A stretch of DNA of 63,028 bases, counting the filler, from Octopus bimaculoides (Eukaryota), in NCBI RefSeq assembly GCF_001194135.2. It is 4 parts of 4 records of this genome, joined end to end, with 100 filler letters (N's around TTAATTAATTAA, not from the genome) between each part and the next. Parts side by side here need not be neighbours in the genome. Positions count along the whole stretch, not along the records: positions 1 to 31,006 come from NC_068987.1; 3 more parts are not named here. One strand, written 5' to 3'. Position numbers and translations under genes: made by a program. A model generated the notes under the pieces. The model saw only the letters and a program-made list of their open reading frames with translations. It made no database searches and was not told where the DNA came from. Positions 1 through 11,600 of the stretch are shown one piece after another. Every line of letters starts with the position of its first letter. Within the stretch, counting starts at the first letter, position 1.

Positions 1-226
1 ATATATATGCATCTATATACATATACATACATATATATACATATACATACATAATAATGGTTTGGGAGTATAGTGCAACTGATGCCTGATGAACGTATGT
101 ATGTACAGAAAACTATTAGTAGTGTGATAAGTACATGTAATTGAAATATTTAGTTATATTGAACTCTCATTGGATACTCTTCATATTGACTTTTACGCAA
201 TTAATTTCTTATGCATATGTATATAT

Positions 227-485
227 ATCATCATCATCCTCATCATTTAACGTCCGCTTTCCGTGCTAGCATGGGTTGGACGATTGGACTGGGGACTGGT
301 GAACCAGATGGCTACACCAGACTCCAATCTGATCTGGCAGAGTTTCTACAGCTGGATGCCCTTCCTAACGCTAACCACTCCAAGAGTTTAGTGGGTGCTT
401 TTTATGTGCCACTTGCACGAGGGCCAGTTTGACGTTACTGGCAATGGCCATGCTCAAATGGTGTTTTTTACGTGCCACCTGCACA
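227..485 (-). mobile_element. 3' end of the abundant RTE-LINE-derived repeat with (GAT)n tail
   Basis: Reverse complement of the GGCACGTAAAAGCACC...GTTAGGAAGGGCATCCAGCTGTAGAAACTCTGCC...GCATGGAAAGCGGACGTTAAA(TGA)n motif, which recurs more than 20 times in the window. Confidence 0.8.
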
Positions 486-1057
486 NNNNNNNNNNATATA
501 TATATATATATATATTACTGATCCTTTATATACATGTGTGTGCACATGTGTTTTTTTACAGTAGTGCTTATCCATGTATATTTTCAGGTAGTTGTGTATG
601 TATATATGTATACTTGTATATGAATGTATATATCTGTACATGAGTGTGCGTACTAGCACAGAATGGTGATGAGAGTTTTATGTGTGTTTCTGCAGCCATA
701 AGTTCTGCCTTTTTGTCTCACTTAACTGAAAAGATATCTTCTTAGACATGTTTAGGCTGGCCTGCTTGCTATCTGGCACTTCTTCACAGTGGGATATGGC
801 TATAAACTAATCAAGATAACTGATTGAAATAATTTGGTTGTCTTGCTCTCTTTATTCCAAGGATGTCCATTATACTTGTTTGATTCTTCTATAAATCAAT
901 TGTTCTCTTTTTAAAATATCACTTATTCATCATGTTATTTGTTGAATAGGTCATCATCAAGGTTTTACCTTATCTCTTTATACCTGTTTAAAATTTACCC
1001 AAGGATTATATGCTACGATGCTCCTTCATTAGAATTTCAACATCAACAACAGGGTAT

Positions 1058-1070
1058 TTTTGTATGTATG

Positions 1071-1104
<34 letters not shown>

Positions 1105-1150
1105 TGTATGTATGTATGTATGTATGTATGCATATATACATGTATGTATT
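1058..1150. repeat. (TATG)n microsatellite
   Basis: Direct tandem TATG units. Confidence 0.95.
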
Positions 1151-1261
1151 TTCAGATTTGTATGTTTTATGTATGTACTCTCATGCATATAGTTGCATAT
1201 CTAGACAAGCTCATATATATTTAAATGATAAACTTCTGGAAAGATTTTTACAGTTCCAGTG

Positions 1262-1920
1262 ATGGATTGGATCTATAGTCTTTGAATTAGCTTTCTCCTT
1301 TCTGGTTTTGAGAAGCCTAAGTTCTCAAGATTGGTATTTAGGCAGTGTGTTACATATCCCAGGGCTCCAATAATTACAGGAATAAACCTGAACTTGTAAT
1401 CTGGATAGAGTAACAGCCGATTTCTCAGTAGTTCAGCATAGGCATTCTCCTTTTCACTGATCTTCAACTTTATGTTAACATTCACTGGGCAGCTAATTTC
1501 CACAACTGTGCGCAGTTTCTCTTCTAAATCGTTATACCAGGTCTGTTGTGCTTACATTTTACTGAGGTCTTCACTAGTACATCCCACTAGTATTCCTTTT
1601 TATTATGAGTGGCTATGGCTTCTCCCATATTGTGGGTTCCTATTTCTTTGTCCTTGGGATTATCCTTCCAACAGATTTCATTATAGAGTGGCCTAGCTAC
1701 AACATCACATCTCATCGTTAGATAATACTGTGATAACATTTTTCAGACAACTGCTTATGATGTGGGTGATATCTTCAGTGTGAACTCCACAAAGTCTGCA
1801 TCAGTTGTCACACTTTACAGCTTTACCTGCATCTCTATCCCATTTGTGCATCAGGTACTTGGTTGATATTTCCTGTTCCTGGATTGCAAACGTATACCCT
1901 TATGTATGTGAAGTAGAAAA
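1262..1920 (-). mobile_element. Degenerate C-terminal fragment of an RLE-type non-LTR retrotransposon (R2/R4-Dong-like)
   Basis: Minus-strand translation gives IQEQEISTKYL...CRLCGVHTEDITHIISSC (CCHC knuckle), MRCDVVA, CKHNRP and VVEISCPVNVNIKLKISEKENAY...IPVIIGALG (restriction-like endonuclease), with stops and frameshifts. Confidence 0.8.
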
Positions 1921-2812
1921 ATGAAATGAGAAATAAGAAAGCTTCCTGGCCATACAGAAAGTTTAAAAGAACTTTATATTTCTGGCACAAAGGACTATCT
2001 TCAGAAGAATACAGTCAAAGAAATGTGTATTTACATAGATCCTACCATTTTGGATAGTCTTGGACTCATTTCATTCATTTTTTTCCCCTTCCGTAATACT
2101 ATGCTTCAAGCAAACTACAATGCTCTTCTCTCATACATGTATATGTAAACACACCGACACACATACATATATACATGTCTAGTAAGTTCATCATCATCAA
2201 TTTGCCACTAAGAAAGTTAACCATCATCAATTCCCTATTCCTAACCATTTTCCTTCAATAAAATAGTTTTTAATTATTAATGGTGAGATACTATGGATAT
2301 ATTTTCTCATTAAACTTTCCTTGCAGTGAAGTTTCCTCACAGTGAACTGATGGTGGTGAACTTACCTGTAACCACATATATATATATACATACATGCACA
2401 CTATATATTCCCTGCCTTACCCCTCTATCATACTTTAGCATTTCAACATCTAACATAAATTCACCCACTTCTGCTTTCTCCTACCAAATACTTCCTCTCT
2501 GTAGTGAAATTAATTTTCCTTTCTTTTTCAATCTTACATGTTACTTGGCAATATCATTAACTCTGGTGGCACAAAAAAAAACAACAACCCAGTACACTCT
2601 ATAAAGAGATTGGCATTAGGGAGGGCATCCAGCTGTGGAAACTATGTTAAAGATGACATTGGAGCTCAAATTGCCCTTGTGGCTTGCCAGTTTCTGTCAA
2701 ACTGTGCAACTCATACCAGCATTTAATGTTTCATTTCAATGTATTAAATCGTTTAGATTTACGTTACCAAACTGATTTCATCCATGTGTCAGGATTTTTC
2801 AAATGAATATAT

Positions 2813-3195
2813 TCAGGTGTGGGTGTGGCTGTATGGTAAGAAGCTTGCTTCTAAACCATATGGTTCCAGGTTCAGTCCCACTGCGTGGCATCTTAGGCAA
2901 GTATCTTCTTCTATAGCCTTGAACCTTGTGAGTGGATTTGGCAGACGAAAACTGAAAGCCCATCGTGTGTGTGTGTTTGTGTCTGTGTCCCCCACCCCCA
3001 TCACTGCTTGGCAACCAGTGTTGGTGTTTATGTCCCTGTAACTTAGAGGGTCAGTAAAAAGAGACTAATAGAATATGTAGGAGGCATTAAAAAATAAGTC
3101 CTAGGGTTGATTTGTTTGACTGAAAACCCTTCAAGACAGTACTCCAGCATGGCCACAGTCTAATGACTGAAATGAGTAAAAGAATAAAAGAATAT
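2813..3195 (+). mobile_element. tRNA-derived SINE with internal (GT)n
   Basis: A/B-box-like head (GTGGCTGTATGGTAAG...GGTTCAGTCCC), internal GT repeat and (AAGAATAA)-type tail; related copies at 24262, 31606(-), 34960, 45655. Confidence 0.75.
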
Positions 3196-4724
3196 TAATT
3201 GAAATATATAAGTTTTTGTAGCTGGACAGAGGACTCTATTTATAGGAGTTGCTAAATATAAGATGGAAATGCTTTTAGCTGGACAGAGAACTAGAGTGTC
3301 AAGTTACAAGACAAAAAAGAATGAGAAGACATGGCTTTTAAACAGTAAGGTAGGGAGTGTTGAGTTGGGAATTTTTTGAGGTAAGTTAGGATTTTAAACA
3401 AAAGATTGCCCTATAAAGATAAAAAAAAAAGAGAGAGAGAGAGATAGAGTATGTGGTTTTTAAATAGTAAGGCAGTGGGTGTTAGGAATTTCAGTGGCAA
3501 GTTAGATTTTTAAGCAAAAGTCTACTCTGGAGTGATAAATAGGTAGATACATTGAGGGAATCAGGTTGATAGTTTGGCTATTCCATTCATTGAATCAACT
3601 AGAATAGTCATGTTCTGGACTTGATACAGTAGTGGCCAAAATTAGAGAATGAAGATAAAATTTAAAGATATTTACATTTTTACTTCATTTTTTCAAATGG
3701 GATTTTTACTGCATATATTTTAACGTACGTTCATTATTTACCATAAATTTTGTAAGAAGTGATTAATAACTAAATAATTTATAATAGAGAAAATGTTTAT
3801 TTGAAAAATACAAGGCAGACATAGAGAACATATTGGGTAAAATTCAAAAAGTAAAATCTGGCAACACTCCGACCGATGTAAACTAAGTTGACCTAACAGT
3901 GCAAAGATTTATATTTGTAGAAATTAACACTTCCTTTTTCCGAGCTGAGATTCAAAATCGAATCTAAGGATTCTCGCTTGTCTGATCCACCACAGGCCAA
4001 ACAAGCGTGAAAGAAATTTCTTTATCCTGTCAAAAAAATGGTGGATCATTTCCCTTCAACCTTCAACCTCAGCCATGTCATTTAAGGTTTAAGTGGACAA
4101 GAGGTGACCTACATAGGTAGGAATATCTCCTGTGGCATGTCTGTCTTTCTAGCTGTCACAACCATTATAAATACAGCAATCCATCAAGGGACGAGACAGA
4201 CAGACAGACAGAGAAATAGCCAGAGGCAAGATGGCCAGCAAGTAACTTCGCCAGTTAAGCAGGCAACAGAGATCCAGATATTCAACATGATCGACCCAAC
4301 ACAGTAGCAGTCGCAGAACATAAACAGACACCACTGAATGACCAATGCACACACAAACACAAAACATGTCCAATCCTACCCTATCATATTAACACAGTAT
4401 TTACCCTGTAAATTTCTACTTGGCCAGCTCGAAGTAAAGTTGGTAATGTCATGTAGTGAGATTTTTGGTGTACACAACAAGTAAATGCAAGTGTTGTTTA
4501 AATAAATTATTTAAACTACAATCCAATGTTTTCCCATTGTTTTACTTTGATGTCATCCACATGCCTATTTCATCTGCTACCTCAACATTTGTATCAAAAA
4601 AGTTGTGAGGTAAAATATCATGAAAGAAAAAATAAGTAAGGCAAAAAAATTGGATTTAACTATAATTAACTTTTTTATTTTAAAAACAAACTATATTTTG
4701 TTCTATATTTAAGAGATGAGGAAT

Positions 4725-4826
4725 TATTTACATTATTTACATTATTTACATTTGACGGATATTTGTCCTCATCTTATTTGTTGTTAACACAACGTTTCGG
4801 CTGATATACCCTCCAGCCTTCGTCAG
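4725..4826 (+). repeat. Short interspersed repeat, possibly a Penelope terminal-repeat fragment
   Basis: CATTATTTACATTTGAC...ACAACGTTTCGGCTGATATACCCTCCAGCC; a reverse-complement copy lies at about 43888-43965. The family assignment is from recall. Confidence 0.4.
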
Positions 4827-6964
4827 AGCTTAATTCAAGGAATTTCATGGTATCAATCTCATGCTATGAAGTTTTAAAAGAAAAAAGTTATGAGTGTTTG
4901 TTTCTCAAATTTGAGGATGATAATATAGTTCTATACTTTTTTATGAATATAGTTCCATAAGAAGACTTTTAAAATATGTCACCAGCACCATTGAGGTAAG
5001 GTAAAAATTATCGATGGCACTGCCAATTGACACATTTGACACATTTTTAATTAACATAATAGCATCATCTGGAAAAAACATGGATTACATGAAAAAATGC
5101 AAGCAAGAGAAATAATATCACTTGGAAAAGTTCCAGGTTTATAATCTTAATATTATTTCTCTTGCTCACATTTTTTCATGTAATATATTTTGTCTTAGTA
5201 GTGGGATCTTTTTCCACCCTTCGCTTCTCTTCTTTCCCTGTTCTTTTTTTGTCTTGCAAGTTATATGGCAATCTCATTAGTACGAGTGATATATAAAAAG
5301 CACCCACAACCCTCTGTAAAGTGGTAGTGCCAATGGTATGAAGTGGTTGGGATTAGGAAGGGCATCCAGCCTTAGAAACCATGCCAATGATGACACTGGA
5401 ACACGACACAGCCCTGCAGTTCACTGGTTTCCTGCCAAACCGTCCTGCCCATATCAGCATGGAAAGTGGGTGCTAAATGATGACGATGATTATATAACAT
5501 ACATAAAGGGCGGGGCAAATTGAGTAATTTCTAATTGCTTGCTATTCTCTCTTTGTTTGAAACCATTATATTTCAAGTATTGCATCGTCATTTTGTACTA
5601 TTGCTTCATCTTTGGGTGTAAAAATTGGTCAGCATATTTCTTGTCGTTGAAGTTGAGAAAGTTTGAGACCTAATCAGATGAAAGGTACTATTTTTCAAGA
5701 AATTTTTCCTCAATTTTGACCTGATTGTAATTGTGATTGCTAATAAAATATCTGAATAATTTTTTATGTTTAACAATCAATACTCTTTTCTCTTTTGGAT
5801 TCCAAGTCAATTTTTTCTCACACTGATATCTAATTTGATAATTTTCAATTTCCAAAATAAAGTCTAAATTGGGGCAAAATGAATAATGATTAATTTCAAT
5901 AATTTTTGTCTCTTCAACTGCATGGTGCAAAAATAAATCAGAAAGAGAGACACACTAGAAGATTGTAAAGATGCTATAGACAATACTTTACTTTGAGTTT
6001 TTAGATCTAGTTGAGATTCGTTAATTTCAGATCATCTGCCATTTTTCCATGATCCTCTTTCATTTGAGTAAGATATTTTCAATTTTTGTTGCATTTCTGA
6101 TCCTTCTGATGCCTAAGGATGGATATTGATGTGTATGAATCATTTTGAAATGTTATTCTGGAGAACTGAAAAGGTAAATTTGCCTTATCTTGACTTACTT
6201 ATTTTGCCCTATCTAAGTTTGACTCTTATATGTTCAAAGAGAATAGAGACAGTTTTCTGGAATAGTTTTCTGAATATGTCATAAAGTTTTTAATGTATTT
6301 CGAGAAGGCCATTTGCTTAGCTGATAGATTTTTTGTAAGATAGCATATATAAAAATGTGTGAGTGTGTGTGTGTAAATCTATATATTTGCACACATAACC
6401 TTATAGATATATGTATATGCACTCACACATATATGTATGAATATACATATAAGTTGCTTAGAGGATATGTTAACCTCATAAAGGGATGGTTACATCCAAG
6501 GAAACACTGGTTGTATACCTAGTATTTTGGGGAATTGAAATTTCGTTAAATAGATAGGCATATATTAAGCTNNNNNNNNNNNNNNNNNNNNNNNNNNNNN
6601 NNNNNNNNNNNNNNNNNNNNNNNNNNNNNNNNNNNNNNNNNNNNNNNNNNNNNNNNNNNNNNNNNNNNNNNNNNNNNNNNNNNNNNNNNNNNNNNNNNNN
6701 NNNNNNNNNNNNNNNNNNNNNNNNNNNNNNNNNNNNNNNNNNNNNNNNNNNNNNNNNNNNNNNNNNNNNNNNNNNNNNNNNNNNNNNNNNNNNNNNNNNN
6801 NNNNNNNNNNNNNNNNNNNNNNNNNNNNNNNNNNNNNNNNNNNNNNNNNNNNNNNNNNNNNNNNNNNNNNNNNNNNNNNNNNNNNNNNNNNNNNNNNNNN
6901 NNNNNNNNNNNNNNNNNNNNNNNNNNNNNNNNNNNNNNNNNNNNNNNNNNNNNNNNNNNNNNNN

Positions 6965-7199
6965 CATAAAAGACACCATTTCGAGCGTGGCCGTTTTCGT
7001 GCGGGTGACACGTAAAAGCACCCACTACACTCTCTGAGTGGTTGGCGTTAGGAAGGGCATCCAGCTGTAGAAACTCTGCCAAATCAGACTGGAGCCTGGT
7101 GTTGCCATCCGGTTTCACCAGTCCTCAGTCAAATCGTCCAACCCATGCTAGCATGGAAAGCGGACGTTAAACGATGATGATGATGATGATGATGATGAT
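6965..7199 (+). mobile_element. Young RTE 3' UTR copy with (GAT)n tail
   Basis: 2 mismatches over about 209 nt to the reverse complement of 58851-59059; its 5' side runs into an N-gap. Confidence 0.85.
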
Positions 7200-7515
7200 A
7201 ATTCATGTTCAGTTAACTGACGGAAAGAAAATGGAGAGTTAAAAGTTAATAATTATTTATTATTAAAAAATTGGTAATCTTCACTTCTTACGGCCATTTA
7301 CATTAGTACCCAATAGGTAAATTACAAATTTATGCTTTCATCATCATCATCAAAAAATGTGTCATGGCCAACTGGAAACAGTGTTTCCTAGGGCTAAATA
7401 GCAGTAGCATTTTTCCCTGTCATGGGACTGCCACATTAAGTTGGCAACATACCATCACTTTATCATGCTGCTACTGTATAAATCTCTCTGAGAGATTTAG
7501 AAATGTAATATTTCT

Positions 7516-7727
7516 ATCGTCATCATCATCATCATTGTCGTTTAACGTCCGCTTTCCATGCTGGCATGGGTTGGACGGTTTGACTGAGGGTTGGCAAGCC
7601 AGAAGGCTGCACCAGGCTCCAATCTGATTTGGCAGAGTTTCTACAGCTGGATGCCCTTCCTAATGCCAACCACTCCAAGAGTGTAGTGGGTACCTTTTAC
7701 GCACCACCAGCACAAGGGCCAGTCAGT
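7516..7727 (-). mobile_element. RTE 3' end copy, inverted relative to 6965-7199
   Basis: (CAT)n followed by TTTAACGTCCGCTTTCCATGCTGGCATGGGTTGGACGG... Confidence 0.8.
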
Positions 7728-8400
7728 ATATCTTTTTCTCTGATGAAATAATGCTCATAACATATAAATGCAAATCTAAAGCATAAATTTATCATTTACC
7801 AATTGGGCACTAATGGAAACAGCCATAAGAAATGAAGATTACCAATTTTTGTGATAATGANNNNNNNNNNNNNNNNNNNNNNNNNNNNNNNNNNNNNNNN
7901 NNNNNNNNNNNNNNNNNNNNNNNNNNNNNNNNNNNNNNNNNNNNNNNNNNNNNNNNNNNNNNNNNNNNNNNNNNNNNNNNNNNNNNNNNNNNNNNNNNNN
8001 NNNNNNNNNNNNNNNNNNNNNNNNNNNNNNNNNNNNNNNNNNNNNNNNNNNNNNNNNNNNNNNNNNNNNNNNNNNNNNNNNNNNNNNNNNNNNNNNNNNN
8101 NNNNNNNNNNNNNNNNNNNNNNNNNNNNNNNNNNNNNNNNNNNNNNNNNNNNNNNNNNNNNNNNNNNNNNNNNNNNNNNNNNNNNNNNNNNNNNNNNNNN
8201 NNNNNNNNNNNNNNNNNNNNNNNNNNNNNNNNNNNNNNNNNNNNNNNNNNNNNNNNNNNNNNNNNNNNNNNNNNNNNNNNNNNNNNNNNNNNNNNNNNNN
8301 NNNNNNNNNNNNNNNNNNNNNNNNNNNNNNNNNNNNNNNNNNNNNATATACAATATACATATACACACATATATATACACGCATACATACATATATATAT

Positions 8401-8581
8401 ACATACGTGTGTGTGTGTGTGAGTGTGTGCGCGTGCGCGCGTGCCCGTTTCGCCCCCACAACGACTAGCTTATTATAGAGACATGTATTAGATTTTTTTT
8501 TTTTTTTTTGCGGTCATGATTTAATTTCGGTATTTATTTTAACAAGGGACAACATCAGTTGAAACACCGAATAGTATCATC
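8401..8581 (+). promoter_or_regulatory. Putative ASNA1 promoter / 5' UTR with an alternating purine-pyrimidine CpG tract
   Basis: (GT)n(GC)n tract at 8401-8444 and a local CpG cluster immediately upstream of the ATG at 8582; the TSS is not defined. Confidence 0.5.
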
Positions 8582-8694
8582 ATGGCTGCCGCTGAAGTTG
8601 AATATGATCCTTCACTTAAAAACATTATTGACCAACAGTCATTAAAGTGGGTGTTTGTCGGTGGAAAAGGTGGTGTTGGGAAGACAACATCTAG
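8582..8694 (+). CDS. ASNA1: ASNA1 exon 1
   Basis: [37 protein letters not shown]; donor AG|gtgaga, phase 2. Confidence 0.95.
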
Positions 8695-11600
8695 GTGAGA
8701 TATTTTGTCCACTAATTTACGTATTGCGCTTCTATACTGTTGGATCTATTTTACATATTTTTTTACCTCACTATGTTTTATATTGGCTTAAACATGGGAA
8801 TGCTCAATATCGTTTACAAGAATGAATCACTTACTATCCCTTGATATTTCCCCCTGCATAATCATTTGTATTTACATCTTCATACTTATAAATTTCTATG
8901 TATTGTATATAACCAGATTTTAGTATGAAGAGTTTCTTACGCCGATTTTATTTTTAAAAAACAAAAACATCAGTTTTATATTTGTTTGCAAGTGTGGAAA
9001 ATTCGGTCGCGTATTAATATCCTCTGAATCCTCCATGTTTATAATTAAATTGATTTTAAAGATACGGATAGAATTACAATTTTGTTAATTATTTTTTTCT
9101 CCCAACACAGAAACAGATTACAAAAATGAAAAACATCATTTCAATCTGGTGGTATTTAAATTCAAAACAAATTGACTGACAAAGTTTCACACACACACAC
9201 ACAAAAATTTGTACCACCCCTGTGTAATGTTTCTGGTTTGATCATAGGTTTGTCTGACTAAACAGATCTATGATTAAATTCGTTCCAGTCGTAAACATCC
9301 TATGTTTTCTTCCGAACATTGTATATCTAGGATTACGTCTTTTTTTTTTTTTTCTGCCTCGAGTGTGTTTATGACATCAAGTCGAAAATGTACGGTCGTG
9401 TTGATTTTGAAGCATCTATTGAGGATTGCTCAGTTTGTGTGTTTGCATGTGAAATATTGTTAAATGTGAAAATTAATTGAAATTTAAAAGCTAATTAAAA
9501 TTTTTCAAGAGGACTTATTTAAATAGTTTTATTCCNNNNNNNNNNNNNNNNNNNNNNNNNNNNNNNNNNNNNNNNNNNNNNNNNNNNNNNNNNNNNNNNN
9601 NNNNNNNNNNNNNNNNNNNNNNNNNNNNNNNNNNNNNNNNNNNNNNNNNNNNNNNNNNNNNNNNNNNNNNNNNNNNNNNNNNNNNNNNNNNNNNNNNNNN
9701 NNNNNNNNNNNNNNNNNNNNNNNNNNNNNNNNNNNNNNNNNNNNNNNNNNNNNNNNNNNNNNNNNNNNNNNNNNNNNNNNNNNNNNNNNNNNNNNNNNNN
9801 NNNNNNNNNNNNNNNNNNNNNNNNNNNNNNNNNNNNNNNNNNNNNNNNNNNNNNNNNNNNNNNNNNNNNNNNNNNNNNNNNNNNNNNNNNNNNNNNNNNN
9901 NNNNNNNNNNNNNNNNNNNNNNNNNNNNNNNNNNNNNNNNNNNNNNNNNNNNNNNNNNNNNNNNNNNNNNNNNNNNNNNNNNNNNNNNNNNNNNNNNNNN
10001 NNNNNNNNNNNNNNNNNNNNNNNNNNNNNNNNNNNNNNNNNNNNNNNNNNNNNNNNNNNNNNNNNNNNTAGTGAGATTCCTCCCCACCTCATACCATTCT
10101 TTCTTCTTTTTTGTGGGGGGGAGGTGATTTCTCAGTTTTGAATTTTTTCCAAAAAATTTCCACATTTATGCTACTCTCATTTTTAAAGAATCATAATCTT
10201 GGATATATAAGACAAATATGGAAAATAATTTCGAAAGAAAAATATCAAGCTGAAAAATCACAAAAGAAGGCGATGGTAGGGAGTGCTACTTTTTATTTTT
10301 TTCCCCAGAATACAACGCACGAAACCTACACGGCCAAAGAAATTATGGTTCTTGGTGCTGTAAATAATTTCCGACTCTATTGTATAGGAATGCTCTAATT
10401 TAAATACATGAATAATGATAGTTGCTGTTTTTTTCTTGTTAAGATGCTGGTCAACTCTGATCAAAAATGACCGATGATCAAAGGTGTTATATTTTTTATT
10501 TTACTATTTTTGTATATTTGATTGCGTTGTCCAATATGTTCTTCCTATCTAAAGACGATTGGGTGTTATTCGTGGCATATTTAACTGCTGTTTCTAGGTG
10601 GCTATGTAAGGGAGGGGTTCTCTCGTTGGCTCATTATGACATGAGTTTGCTTACATTTGTGGTAAGTCGTCATCGTTTTCAAGTCCATTTTCCTGCTTGC
10701 ATGAATCAAACGGAATTCGTTGAGGCAGATTTTTTTTACGACCAGATGCCCTTCCTATCATCAACCCTCACTTTGTTTACAAGCAAGGTAATATCTCTTC
10801 GTGACTGGACATGTTTGCATAGAAGATTGAAAATAAAGGACATCTATATATATAAAAATGAGAATGTGTGTCTGTCTGTCTGTCTGTCTGTCTGTGTGAA
10901 TCCCTAAAACTCGAGAACTACGCAACCAATTTCATTCAAATTTTACACATGCCTTACTTAGGGTTCCAGTTGTGTTTTAGTCCAAAAAAATTATTAACTT
11001 CTTGCAGAGTTCGAGCACACGGCAACATAATATCTCCTCCACTATTTAAGTATTACGTGTCAAAAGTGAAACAAAAACACTCATGTCAAATACTTTCACT
11101 TTAAAAATGAAACTATTCCACTAACTGAAACAATCACATTTCGATACTGTAGTGACAGATACTTTCACAGAGAGAGAAAGAGAGAGAGATGTATATGTAT
11201 ACATNNNNNNNNNNNNNNNNNNNNNNNNNNNNNNNNNNNNNNNNNNNNNNNNNNNNNNNNNNNNNNNNNNNNNNNNNNNNNNNNNNNNNNNNNNNNNNNN
11301 NNNNNNNNNNNNNNNNNNNNNNNNNNNNNNNNNNNNNNNNNNNNNNNNNNNNNNNNNNNNNNNNNNNNNNNNNNNNNNNNNNNNNNNNNNNNNNNNNNNN
11401 NNNNNNNNNNNNNNNNNNNNNNNNNNNNNNNNNNNNNNNNNNNNNNNNNNNNNNNNNNNNNNNNNNNNNNNNNNNNNNNNNNNNNNNNNNNNNNNNNNNN
11501 NNNNNNNNNNNNNNNNNNNNNNNNNNNNNNNNNNNNNNNNNNNNNNNNNNNNNNNNNNNNNNNNNNNNNNNNNNNNNNNNNNNNNNNNNNNNNNNNNNNN

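Noticed and set aside
3860-4380. CAAGATGGC motif, mild CpG enrichment and short ORFs suggesting another promoter or exon
   Set aside because: No recognisable protein, splice structure or homology could be established
5560-6300. Minus-strand ADDLKL and YPSLGI motifs suggesting reverse transcriptase
   Set aside because: The motif order is wrong for RT and the frames are broken; at most a very old LINE remnant, not callable
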